A DNA stretch of 64,000 nucleotides, from positions 1 to 64,000 of IMG/VR virus record IMGVR_UViG_3300028854_000012. One strand, 5' to 3'. The position numbers were made by a program, and so were the translations under genes. The DNA comes from a virus. The notes under the pieces are model-generated. The model saw only the letters and a program-made list of their open reading frames with translations, was not told where the DNA came from and did no database searches. Below, one piece after another: positions 21,068 to 30,673 of this stretch (within the stretch, counting starts at the first letter, position 1; each line of letters begins with the position of its first letter).

Positions 21068-21706
21068 ATGTTTTGTGGTAAGATTTATAAAATTTCAAAT
21101 AAAACTAATGGAAAAAAGTATTTTGGACAAACAATCGGCAAAAATCCAACTAATAGATGGAATCAACATCTTTCTGTAGTTAATCATCCTTTATATAAAG
21201 CAATGATATTAGAAGGTATAGATAATTTTCGTTTTGAGATGATGGAAAATAATATTAAATCTTCTTTAGCTCTTAACGAATCAGAAAAAAATTATATTTG
21301 TAATAATAAAACTTTTGATCCTAATTTTGGTTATAATATATCAAAAGGTGTTCAAACTTGTTCAAATGATAAATCTATAAATGGTATGATATACTGTATT
21401 TTAAATTTAAAAAATAACAAAGTATATATTGGAAAAACGATATATACAGATTATTCAAGATGGAAACAACATCTTTACTATGCTAAACACCCTTTATACA
21501 AATCAATGGTAAGCGAGGGTATAGATAATTTTTCTTTTGAAGTAATTCACGATAATGTTAAATCTAAATTTTTACTGAATAAAATAGAAACCGAACTTAT
21601 ATTTTCAAACAAAACATTTTTAAAAAATTATGGTTATAATCAAGATTTCGGCTTGAGTAATTATTTAATCGATAAATATCATCAATCTGGTTTTAAAGCA
21701 CAATAA
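21068..21706 (+). CDS. Tandem double GIY-YIG endonuclease
   Basis: Two repeats: GKIYKI…KYFGQT…RW.QH…E…GYN and GMIYCI…VYIGKT…RW.QH…E…GYN. Confidence 0.8.
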   Translation: MFCGKIYKISNKTNGKKYFGQTIGKNPTNRWNQHLSVVNHPLYKAMILEGIDNFRFEMMENNIKSSLALNESEKNYICNNKTFDPNFGYNISKGVQTCSNDKSINGMIYCILNLKNNKVYIGKTIYTDYSRWKQHLYYAKHPLYKSMVSEGIDNFSFEVIHDNVKSKFLLNKIETELIFSNKTFLKNYGYNQDFGLSNYLIDKYHQSGFKAQ

Positions 21707-22080
21707 TGATTGTATATTTACAAATTTCGTCAAATTTGCACAATCTCGTTGATTGAGAACAATTAGGTAAAGCCAACCTAACAAAGTTGCCTATCATGGG
21801 CTGAGTTAAAGGCTAGAAACGAGGGGTAAAACAATGTAATCCCCACATAACTATCATTATATCCAAAGTCTATTTTGATAGTTGCGTTTGTGGAAACAAA
21901 AACGTCAAACATTCTGAGCACTCAGATATTGTGGTAAAACACGACCGCCACAACATTATTGAATCGCCAAAGGCCCAAAAAGAGGATTTGGATAACGAGG
22001 GAATAATAGGTTTGGAACTTTGAAGATGATTAACGTTAATCATCTTATTTTACACATTGACGCCTTGGGGCGTTTCTGTC
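21684..22080 (+). ncRNA. Candidate large structured RNA (~400 nt)
   Basis: TAAATA at 21673; no ORF; many nested stems and an 8-bp loop-distal complementarity. Confidence 0.5.
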
Positions 22081-22139
22081 TTTAAAAATAAACTATTTTT
22101 TAAATATAAAAACCAACGCGCTTTTAAGAAAACTAAAAG

Positions 22140-22440
22140 TTCGACGCCTTTAGGCGGCGGGGGTGGAAGCGAAATGCGAAGCAATTCGATTACACCCATC
22201 AAATATAATAAAAGTCCTCTTATATTTTAAATAAAAATAATTTAAAAATTTAAATTTATTAAAAACAAAAGATGAATAGAGGTGTGTGAACCAAGCGATT
22301 TTTGTTTTTGGCGGGCATTCGCCCTGTGCTTCGCACAATACTTGCTTCGCAAGTATTTTATGTAAAGAGATTATATAGTTGTCTGCACTGCGCTGCTTCG
22401 CTGCTCGTTTGACAACTATATTCTCATTTCGCTTCGCTTT
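22140..22440. other. GCGAAGC mini-hairpin cluster around an AT-rich tract; candidate replication origin
   Basis: GCGAAGC at 22176 (+); GCTTCGC at 22328, 22344, 22395, 22431; AT tract ~22200-22275. Confidence 0.4.
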
Positions 22441-22522
22441 TCTTTTTATTGATAGAAACCAGAGGTTTTGTAATATTTGTTTTTAAGAAAATTCCGTTTA
22501 TATAAAAATGATAAATACTTCC

Positions 22523-22969
22523 ATGGAAGACATTGGACATTGGCAATTTTTTAAAGAATTTGATCCAAAACAATTTGTTGGTTTTGTATACAAAATTACA
22601 TATATACCTACAGGTAAATCTTATATCGGAAAAAAATTTTTCTGGAGTTCTATTCGTAAGATAGTAAAAAATAAAAAGAATAGAAAAAAGATAATTAAAG
22701 AGTCGGATTGGAAGAAATATACTGGTAGTTCAAAAGCACTTAATGAAGATATTGACAAATTTGGTAAAGAAAATTTTAAATTTGATATTATTAGTTTGCA
22801 TGAATGTAAATCTACCTTAGCTTGGGGAGAAACAAAACAACTTGTAATGAATGATGCATTAAGAGCTAAATTATTAGATGGAACCAAAAAATATTATAAT
22901 GGTATTGTGTGTGGTATAAAATATATAGTTAAAGAGGAATCAGAATTAGAAAAACAATTTAAAACTTGA
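22523..22969 (+). CDS. GIY-YIG family nuclease
   Basis: GFVYKI…SYIGKK…Y.GSS…E…YYN; start at ATG 22523 (TAAATA-N5-ATG). Confidence 0.75.
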   Translation: MEDIGHWQFFKEFDPKQFVGFVYKITYIPTGKSYIGKKFFWSSIRKIVKNKKNRKKIIKESDWKKYTGSSKALNEDIDKFGKENFKFDIISLHECKSTLAWGETKQLVMNDALRAKLLDGTKKYYNGIVCGIKYIVKEESELEKQFKT

Positions 22970-22987
22970 AATGGAGGATTATAAATA

Positions 22988-23590
22988 ATGAATGAAAAAA
23001 TAACACCCGAACAACTACACATTAATTTCATTCGGTTAGCAAAAATTATTCATCCTGATAATAATCCAACAGATATAGAATCCACTGAAAAATTTCAAGA
23101 ATTACAAAAACAATATGAAATAGCACAAAAATTTATTTATACAAAAAACCAATATCACACATCAATTTCTATTACATTGAAAGAAGCAATACACGGAGCA
23201 GAAAGATATTTCACAATAGATGATTCTGGATGTTATATAATGTTAACTATTCCTCCCGGTGTAAAAAATAAACAAACTCTTTTATATCGCAATTTAACAA
23301 TTAAGACTATTCAAAATGTTAATGTATATATAAAAATATATATTGATATACCATATAATTTTTCAATTATTGGTGATCAGCTTATTTTGAAAGAATGGGT
23401 TCCATTTTGGAAAATGTATTTTGGAGGAGAATATATAATCACAGGACCAGATAGAAAAAAAATTTTAGTAAAAATTCCAAAGAAAACAAAAAATGGTAAA
23501 ATGTTCAAAGTGCAGGGGGCAGGGTCGCTGGATCGTATTGAAAAGAAAAGGAATCCATTATATATTCAATTTTTTGGTTCCATTATTTGA
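22988..23590 (+). CDS. DnaJ/CbpA-like co-chaperone
   Basis: J-domain HPD motif and DnaJ C-terminal 'ITLKEAIHG…IPPGV…VKIP…G.G' motifs. Confidence 0.75.
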   Translation: MNEKITPEQLHINFIRLAKIIHPDNNPTDIESTEKFQELQKQYEIAQKFIYTKNQYHTSISITLKEAIHGAERYFTIDDSGCYIMLTIPPGVKNKQTLLYRNLTIKTIQNVNVYIKIYIDIPYNFSIIGDQLILKEWVPFWKMYFGGEYIITGPDRKKILVKIPKKTKNGKMFKVQGAGSLDRIEKKRNPLYIQFFGSII

Positions 23591-23615
23591 CAACCATGGT
23601 TCGCTCTGATACAAT
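23587..23615 (+). promoter_or_regulatory. Sigma70-type early promoter (representative; also 43308, 44034, 44495, 48304, 52846, 53207, 54800, 55239)
   Basis: TTGACA-N17-TACAAT; the others are TTGAC(A/T)-N17-TATACT/TATCAT/TATTCT/TAATAT. Confidence 0.8.
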
Positions 23616-23631
23616 TTAATTGAGGACAAAA

Positions 23632-25944
23632 ATGGAACAAATTAATCCGAGTTCGCTACTTATTAAGAACATTATTGACATGAGCTTTAGTGTTGCAATT
23701 AGTTTAGAACAAACAATTATTACAACTGAACATGTGCTTTTTGTCATTGCACAGAGTTCCGCTATACAGCGATATTTTACATCTAAAGGTATTGAAACTA
23801 CCAAAATGAATACGGAAATATTGGATAATATTAAAGGAAAATCAAAATTTTTAAAGAATCAGATTCCAAATGCCGATAAAAATATCATGACAGGTCAATT
23901 GACAGCCGAATTAACAGGTTTGTTTGAGTCTATTAATAATTATACAAAAAAAGAAAATAGAGATATGGATGTAGTTGATGTTTTGATGGGATTGTGGCTT
24001 CTTGATGAATCTTATGCCAGTTATTTTTTGAAAAAATATGGAATTACACAAGATATGTTGATGGAACTTCGCGAAAATATTCTTACATTACAGAAAGGAA
24101 TAGCAATGGGTAATGCAACTTCTATGGGAGGAAACCCGTTTGGAAAAACAAACGAAAATGCTTTGGCACAATATTGCGTTAATCTAACTGAAAAAGCAAA
24201 AACTACAACTGATCCCCTAATTGGTAGGGATAAAGAAATTTTTACAATTGCACATACATTGAACAAGCGTAAAAAGTGTAATGTATTGCTGATTGGTGAA
24301 CCCGGTGTTGGAAAGACTGCTGTTATTGAAGGTCTTGCACAACGTATCAATAATGGCTTGGTTCCAAAGACTTTACTAAATAAAGAAATTTTTGGTCTAG
24401 ATGTCGGCACCTTGATGGCTGGATGTAAATATCGTGGTGATTTTGAAGAAAAAATTCGCGATATTCTTGCTGAATTGGTTGAAAAACCAAATGCCATTTT
24501 GTTTATTGATGAAGCACATCAAATGACATCTGGTGAAGGTAGTGGACAAATGGGAATGAGTCTATCTTCTATGCTTAAACCAGTATTGAGCCGTGGAGCA
24601 ATAAAGGTTATTGCTGCAATTACATGGGAAGAATATCGCAAAAACATTGCAAAGGATAAGGCACTTGAACGTCGCTTCCGTATTGTTCAAGTTGATGAAC
24701 CAACTGCAAAAGAAGCTATTGCAATTCTCAAAGGAACAAAAACATCCGTTGAAGAATTTCATAGCGTAAGCATCGAAGATTCTGCAATTGAAGCAGCAGT
24801 AGAACTTACAATTAAATATCAACCAGAAAAGAGATTACCAGATAAGGCAATTGATATTTTGGATAGCGCCTGTGCGCGTAAGAAAGTGGTTGATAATGAA
24901 GAAATGATCATTAATCGAGCCAGTATTATTAAAGAAATTACAGAAATGACAGGAATTACTGTTAAGAATGAAACCAATGATGCAGATGCATCAAAAAATA
25001 TTCTCTCTATTGGAGATAGGATTAAGAATGTTATATTTCATCAGGATAAGGCAATTGATCGTGTTTCACAATGCCTGATTATTAGTCAAGCTGGTTTGAA
25101 AAATCCAAAAAAACCAATTGGTAGTTTTTTGTTTACTGGACCAAGCGGTGTTGGTAAGACAATGCTTGCGCAACAACTTGCAATAGATATGAATATGAAT
25201 TTTTTCAAATATGATATGAGTGAATTTCAAGAAAAACACGCGGTTGCTCGTTTGATTGGCGCTCCTCCCGGATATATTGGGTTTGGTGACGGTGGAACAG
25301 GCGAAGGACAACTTGTAAATGATCTTTTGAAGCATCCGAATAGTGTTGTTCTTTTTGATGAAGTTGAGAAGGCACACCCGGATACTTTTAATACATTTTT
25401 ACAACTATTAGATGACGGTCAAATCACCGGAACCACTGGTAAAGTAGCAAATGCAAAAAATTGCATTATCATTATGACTAGTAATCTTGGAAGCAAGGAT
25501 GGTGCAAAAAATAATCTTGGATTTGGACCAGAAAAAACCGGAAAGTCAGCCTCTTCTAAAGCAGTCGATGGGTTTTTCCTTACAGAAATGCGTGGGCGTA
25601 TGACCGGTATTATTGAATTTTCTGCTTTGGATGATCTAAGCTATCGCCGCATTGTAATTGAAAGAATCAATGATATTAGTAAGATGATTTCTTCAAAAAA
25701 TATTCGAATTGTTCCAAGTGAAGAACTTATTTCGCATATTTTAAAACTAAATAATGGCAGTGAATATGGCGCTCGAAAGATAGCTGGTATTATTGAAGAC
25801 ATTATCAATTATCCATTGAGTGTAAAATTGTTGAATGGAAAAATCGATAATAATAGTGTCATCAATCTAGATTGGCAAAACGATAATCTAATCATTAAGC
25901 AAAAGATGGTTAAAGTTATTATACCAAGTCCAATCATTAAATAG
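23632..25944 (+). CDS. clpA: ClpA/ClpB-family AAA+ chaperone
   Basis: Two AAA modules (GEPGVGKT, LFIDEAH; GPSGVGKT, DMSEF, LFDEVEKAHP), Clp N-domain 'TEHVL'. Confidence 0.85.
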   Translation: MEQINPSSLLIKNIIDMSFSVAISLEQTIITTEHVLFVIAQSSAIQRYFTSKGIETTKMNTEILDNIKGKSKFLKNQIPNADKNIMTGQLTAELTGLFESINNYTKKENRDMDVVDVLMGLWLLDESYASYFLKKYGITQDMLMELRENILTLQKGIAMGNATSMGGNPFGKTNENALAQYCVNLTEKAKTTTDPLIGRDKEIFTIAHTLNKRKKCNVLLIGEPGVGKTAVIEGLAQRINNGLVPKTLLNKEIFGLDVGTLMAGCKYRGDFEEKIRDILAELVEKPNAILFIDEAHQMTSGEGSGQMGMSLSSMLKPVLSRGAIKVIAAITWEEYRKNIAKDKALERRFRIVQVDEPTAKEAIAILKGTKTSVEEFHSVSIEDSAIEAAVELTIKYQPEKRLPDKAIDILDSACARKKVVDNEEMIINRASIIKEITEMTGITVKNETNDADASKNILSIGDRIKNVIFHQDKAIDRVSQCLIISQAGLKNPKKPIGSFLFTGPSGVGKTMLAQQLAIDMNMNFFKYDMSEFQEKHAVARLIGAPPGYIGFGDGGTGEGQLVNDLLKHPNSVVLFDEVEKAHPDTFNTFLQLLDDGQITGTTGKVANAKNCIIIMTSNLGSKDGAKNNLGFGPEKTGKSASSKAVDGFFLTEMRGRMTGIIEFSALDDLSYRRIVIERINDISKMISSKNIRIVPSEELISHILKLNNGSEYGARKIAGIIEDIINYPLSVKLLNGKIDNNSVINLDWQNDNLIIKQKMVKVIIPSPIIK

Positions 25945-25951
25945 GTAAATT

Positions 25952-26578
25952 ATGAAAAGTAAAAAATTAATTGAATTATTGCAATCATTAGACCCCACAG
26001 GTGAAGTTGAAGTATCTGTGAATAATGCGGATATTTTATATGTTGAATCTTTACCCGCTTATTATGATGGTTCTCTTCAAGTTCTTATAAGAGATGAAAG
26101 CAAAAAACCTTATTATGATATAGTTGGAGCAAAATATGTCAGGACTGGAGGAAAAATAGTCATTCATCCAATGAGCATTACTGATTTGTTGTGGGATGAT
26201 CCAGATGCATCAGTAGATTACTCTCAATTATCAGGTTGGTCTTTGGAAAAATGCACTGAGACTAACGAAAAAACTCGGCAAGCTAGTTTGGATGTAGAAA
26301 TTAAAGTCGATATGGATGCTTTTTTTAAGTGGGTTAAAAAGAAAACGTCGAATATTTATGTCGGTAATGGTGTCGCAGATTGTCTTCATGAGGCCAATAG
26401 ATTCTACACAAATCATTTAAATCCAAAAGACCCAGTTAAAGATTTACCAGCAACTATAGACAAGGATGGAAATAAGTGGTGTGCAAGTTGGAGTGAACAA
26501 CGAGAAGCAATGTGGGATGATACTATTGATATAAAATGGGAAGGTGAATGGGTAATTACAAAAAAGGAAATTAAATGA
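25952..26578 (+). CDS. Hypothetical protein
   Basis: ORF with RBS in operon. Confidence 0.7.
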   Translation: MKSKKLIELLQSLDPTGEVEVSVNNADILYVESLPAYYDGSLQVLIRDESKKPYYDIVGAKYVRTGGKIVIHPMSITDLLWDDPDASVDYSQLSGWSLEKCTETNEKTRQASLDVEIKVDMDAFFKWVKKKTSNIYVGNGVADCLHEANRFYTNHLNPKDPVKDLPATIDKDGNKWCASWSEQREAMWDDTIDIKWEGEWVITKKEIK

Positions 26579-26745
26579 ATCATGCACAACTTCACGAAGC
26601 AGTAAGAAGCCAAGTATTTGTAATAATAAAAAATTTTCCTGCTTGGTTTGTTGGAAACAGCAGTAGTAATATTAGAGATTTACATAATATTATGGCAGAA
26701 AGTTTACAAGAATCTATTGATGAATTAAAAGAAGATGTTGAATAA
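26575..26745 (+). CDS. 56-aa hypothetical protein
   Basis: ATGA overlap with upstream stop, AAGGA RBS; not in ORF track. Confidence 0.55.
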   Translation: MNHAQLHEAVRSQVFVIIKNFPAWFVGNSSSNIRDLHNIMAESLQESIDELKEDVE

Positions 26746-26766
26746 TAAAATATATAAAGGAGAATT

Positions 26767-26937
26767 ATGGCAAAAGTAATTGAAGAGAAGTATGTAGTTG
26801 TTCTTAGTAGATTGGTAAAAACAGATGATCAGAGTGCTGAGACAAATGTATTAAATTCAGATCAACTCGAAACATTAACACAAGCAGTTGAAGGGTTAGT
26901 TGATGATCCAACTGTAGTAGTTGAAGTTATAGCGTAG
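26767..26937 (+). CDS. 56-aa protein, paralog 1 (MAKVIEEK…QAVEGLV…VVVEV)
   Basis: AAGGAG RBS; clear paralog of the next ORF. Confidence 0.75.
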   Translation: MAKVIEEKYVVVLSRLVKTDDQSAETNVLNSDQLETLTQAVEGLVDDPTVVVEVIA

Positions 26938-26962
26938 TCATATTTTAATATAAGGAAAAATT

Positions 26963-27142
26963 ATGGCAAAAATTATTGAAGAAAAAGTGACGATTGTAAT
27001 GAGTAGAATAACAACAAATGATACAAAAGAACTTCCATCTATATTAATTGGTGATGAATTGATTACTTTACAACAAGCAGTTGAAGGATTAATTAATAAT
27101 GATTCGGTTATTGTAGAAGTTTTTGCTGAAAGAGCTAGGTAA
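26963..27142 (+). CDS. 59-aa protein, paralog 2 (MAKIIEEK…QAVEGLI…VIVEV)
   Basis: AAGGA RBS; tandem paralog. Confidence 0.75.
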   Translation: MAKIIEEKVTIVMSRITTNDTKELPSILIGDELITLQQAVEGLINNDSVIVEVFAERAR

Positions 27143-27193
27143 TATATTAGTAAGTTGTTCCCTGAAAGGGAACATTTTGAACATGGAGTAATA

Positions 27194-27634
27194 ATGCGAA
27201 ATAAAACAGACTATGGGGAAGTATTAGTTAGTGGGTTAAGTTTTGGTGGAAGTGTGGAAGACCAGCCAACTAAACAGACTAGTTATATAAGTGAACCGGT
27301 GAAGGGTGATGGTTTAGTTCATCGTGCCTCTGGTCTTCATACCATACAGATTCATACGATTAACACAACAGCCGATATTATGTTTGAGGCCACCCTTGAT
27401 CGTGACCCATGTTCTACGGCATGGATTCCTATTTCTATTACAAATACTTCCACTGGAAATATTTCCACTGTCCTACATTATGTTTATAATTCATCGGTTC
27501 CAAACATTCCTTCATCTGGTAAAACAATTGAACTTAATGAGTTTTTTACAGCACAGGGTCAATATGCTTGGATTCGGGTTAATATCAGTAATATATCAAA
27601 TGGGATAATTGATAGTATTAAAGTAAGTTTCTAG
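27194..27634 (+). CDS. Hypothetical beta-rich (probably virion) protein
   Basis: GGAG RBS before ATG 27194; 'KGDG…GLHTI…G.YAWIR' pattern. Confidence 0.65.
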   Translation: MRNKTDYGEVLVSGLSFGGSVEDQPTKQTSYISEPVKGDGLVHRASGLHTIQIHTINTTADIMFEATLDRDPCSTAWIPISITNTSTGNISTVLHYVYNSSVPNIPSSGKTIELNEFFTAQGQYAWIRVNISNISNGIIDSIKVSF

Positions 27635-27642
27635 GAAAATGA

Positions 27643-28923
27643 ATGGAAGATATTAGAGAACAAGTTTTAGAAATAGTTAATAACAATGTTACACGAATAT
27701 CTGATAAACTTAAAAAAGCTAATCTTTGGGATTGGGTTGTTGCACAAGTCCCACCAGATAAACTAGAAGTATGTAGAAACACGGCTGAAATAATATATAT
27801 TGCTTTAAATCCATATAAATCTCCGTTATGTCCAAATGGACGACAAAAATATTTTTATAATATTCAACGTGGATTTTCAGAAAGATGCAATGTAAAAACG
27901 TTTTGTCCATGTCATACAAATTTTATAGAATCTGATTCATGGAAGGAACGCTCGGTAATAGCCAAACAAAAAAGAAAAAAATCTTTTATAAATAAATGGA
28001 AGGTAGAAAATCCAAGTCAACATCCCGATATACAACAAAAGAAAATAGAAACAAATCAAAATAAATTTGGATGTGATTGGGCACCACAATCATCAGAAGT
28101 AAAAAATAAAAATAAAAATACTTGTCAAGAAAGATATGGAGTGAATTCTGGTTTGCAATTACCTCATGTTAGAGGAGCATTACAAGATTATCGTGTTGCA
28201 CATTTAGAAGAGATTTTGGAGAAAACAAGAAACACTAATATTGAACGATGTGGTTTTCCATATTCGTCACAATCAGAGAAACAGAAAGAAAAATATATTA
28301 ATACTTGTATGGAACGATATGAAGTTCCGTGGACAACACTGTTGCCATCTATGAAAGAAAAATCTATTAATACATGTATGGAACGATATAATGTTTCAAA
28401 TGGTGCTCAAAGAAAATTTTCCGAAGAAACCATACAAATTTTAAATGATCCTATTATTTTAAAAGAACGTGTGGATTTGGTTGGAAAAGTTAAACTATCT
28501 ATTGCCTTGAATATTAGATTTGGAACATTACAGAGATATATGTTAAAATATGGAATAGAATCTGATTATGGCAATAGCTATGAAATTGAAATTTCTGAAT
28601 GGTTAAATGATAACAATATAATTTTTAAATTACATGATAGAACTCAAATAAAACCACTTGAATTAGATTTTTATATACCAGATAAAAAATTTGCCATTGA
28701 ATTTCAAGGAGATTATTGGCATATGAATCCAATTATATATGAAGCAACTGATTATAATAAAAATATAGAACTTACAGCTAAAGAAATATGGAACAGAGAC
28801 AAATATAAGATTAGCCGATGTGAAGAGAAAAACATATTAGTGGCTTGTATTTGGGAAACAGATTGGAATGAAAACAAAGAATATATAAAAGACAAAATCT
28901 TAAAAATTATAAAGGAACTATAA
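27643..28923 (+). CDS. Putative homing endonuclease with 'TC.ERYG' repeats and C-terminal PD-(D/E)xK/Vsr-like domain
   Basis: Repeated NTCxERY; ELDFYIP…AIEFQGDYWH…IWE. Confidence 0.75.
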   Translation: MEDIREQVLEIVNNNVTRISDKLKKANLWDWVVAQVPPDKLEVCRNTAEIIYIALNPYKSPLCPNGRQKYFYNIQRGFSERCNVKTFCPCHTNFIESDSWKERSVIAKQKRKKSFINKWKVENPSQHPDIQQKKIETNQNKFGCDWAPQSSEVKNKNKNTCQERYGVNSGLQLPHVRGALQDYRVAHLEEILEKTRNTNIERCGFPYSSQSEKQKEKYINTCMERYEVPWTTLLPSMKEKSINTCMERYNVSNGAQRKFSEETIQILNDPIILKERVDLVGKVKLSIALNIRFGTLQRYMLKYGIESDYGNSYEIEISEWLNDNNIIFKLHDRTQIKPLELDFYIPDKKFAIEFQGDYWHMNPIIYEATDYNKNIELTAKEIWNRDKYKISRCEEKNILVACIWETDWNENKEYIKDKILKIIKEL

Positions 28924-29834
28924 TGAATATAACACAAGAGCAAGTAGAATTTCTTCGTAAACAACATATACAATTTTCACTTCCTATGTATGGTGGAATG
29001 TGTCACGAATCACTTATGACTGGTATGGTAAAGTTTGCTATTTACGCCCAACGAATTGGAATGCCATTTTCAATCGATTCGATGTCGAATGAGTCACTTA
29101 TACAACGTGCAAGATGCCATCTCACAGCGAAATTTCTCGATAATGCTGTAGCAACTCATTTAATGTTTATTGATAGTGATATTGGATTTGAACCAGAACA
29201 TATTTTTAAACTTGTTCTTGCCGATAAAGATATTATTGGAGGATTGTATCCAAAGAAATCTATTCCGCCAGATTTTGTTGTTAATGTAAGTCCAGAAGCA
29301 GTCGATGAAGCTGGTCAGGTAAAAATGACGGATGGTTTGATTCCTGTTAGTAGATTAGGAACAGGATTTATGCTTATTAAACGAGAAGTATTTGAAAAGC
29401 ATATGGCGGCGTATCCACAAACAAAATTTACTAATAATATTGGTCTTGATCCAAAATATAATAAATGGTGTTATACTTTCTTTGATTGTGTAATTAGTCA
29501 AGATGAGAACCGGGAAATGCTTTCTGAAGATTGGTATTTTTGTGCAAAGAGTAGAGTATTAGGAATTGACATTTTTGCCGATCCAACAATTCGTCTCAAT
29601 CATAGTGGAACATTTGTATTTCCGGGTGATCCAACTGCTCTTTATAATAGCATGGGATTGAAATTGGATACAAATCCACATTTAACTCCAAGAATTGCTA
29701 TGAGAAAAGATGAAGTAAACGATCTTTCTTGTATCAACACAGCTAAACCAGATATGAAAGCATTTCAAGAATATTTGGATAAGAAAGTCCAAGAAAAAGA
29801 AAATGTAAATAATGGAAATATTACTATTCCATAA
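28923..29834 (+). CDS. Glycosyltransferase-like (GT-A) protein
   Basis: ESLIQRAR…THLMFIDSDI…GTGFMLIKR…SEDW.FC. Confidence 0.75.
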   Translation: MNITQEQVEFLRKQHIQFSLPMYGGMCHESLMTGMVKFAIYAQRIGMPFSIDSMSNESLIQRARCHLTAKFLDNAVATHLMFIDSDIGFEPEHIFKLVLADKDIIGGLYPKKSIPPDFVVNVSPEAVDEAGQVKMTDGLIPVSRLGTGFMLIKREVFEKHMAAYPQTKFTNNIGLDPKYNKWCYTFFDCVISQDENREMLSEDWYFCAKSRVLGIDIFADPTIRLNHSGTFVFPGDPTALYNSMGLKLDTNPHLTPRIAMRKDEVNDLSCINTAKPDMKAFQEYLDKKVQEKENVNNGNITIP

Positions 29835-29842
29835 AGGTAAAT

Positions 29843-30265
29843 ATGATTAACAAAAATGATACTTCTAACTATGCGGCAAAGAACTTGCCGCATAGAATTT
29901 GTAAGGACTGTAAACAACCTGTAAGTTATGATAACTATTATACTTCATACATTTGTTATAATCATCCAAATGCAGGTTGGGAATGGACTAATCCTGTAGA
30001 AAATATTAAACCATGTGAACATAAACGGTGTTATATGCGTGATGGATATGATCATCCAATATGTGATAACTGTGGTGCCGATAAACCCAAAGAACAATAT
30101 GATTTCTCTAAAGCAGAGGTTGGTAAGTATTATATTCCAGAAGAAATTAAAGAATTTTTATGGAAAACAAGACCAGAATATTATGATATTAGCACAGATG
30201 CACATTATTCTGCATTAATTCATAATGAACAACTTTTAAAGTTATATAAGAAAATGAAGGAGTAG
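29843..30265 (+). CDS. Cys/His-rich hypothetical protein
   Basis: CxxC pairs. Confidence 0.6.
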   Translation: MINKNDTSNYAAKNLPHRICKDCKQPVSYDNYYTSYICYNHPNAGWEWTNPVENIKPCEHKRCYMRDGYDHPICDNCGADKPKEQYDFSKAEVGKYYIPEEIKEFLWKTRPEYYDISTDAHYSALIHNEQLLKLYKKMKE

Positions 30266-30268
30266 GTT

Positions 30269-30673
30269 ATGTTTGTATTACAACCATGGGTATCCACTGT
30301 TGGATTAAAGATGCAAAGTATTTTGTTAAGTGGATTAAGAGCGCCAGATTTTAAAACAAATGCAGTTAAAAAATGTGTTAGATATATGCGCGGCGTATGT
30401 CAGATTGATGCTGATCCTGCAAAACAGTCTTATATGCAAAAGATTCCTATTGATAAAACACTGTTGGATGAAGCAGTTGATGAATTGGAATATTTAACAG
30501 TTCATTATGTTCATCATTTTGCAGATTCAATGAGAATTGTAGCAATATTTCATCCCGATAAAGAAGTTAGGGATAATGTATTATATTTACATGAACAAAT
30601 TGCGGTTGAATTATTTCATTTTAAAATTGAAACAGATGAAGAATTTTTGGAAAGGCACAAGGATAAAATTTAA
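30269..30673 (+). CDS. Hypothetical protein
   Basis: ORF with RBS. Confidence 0.65.
   Translation: MFVLQPWVSTVGLKMQSILLSGLRAPDFKTNAVKKCVRYMRGVCQIDADPAKQSYMQKIPIDKTLLDEAVDELEYLTVHYVHHFADSMRIVAIFHPDKEVRDNVLYLHEQIAVELFHFKIETDEEFLERHKDKI

Noticed and set aside
21684-22080. Group I intron associated with the GIY-YIG gene
   Set aside because: No interrupted host gene on either side, and I could not identify the P7/R-S core by eye
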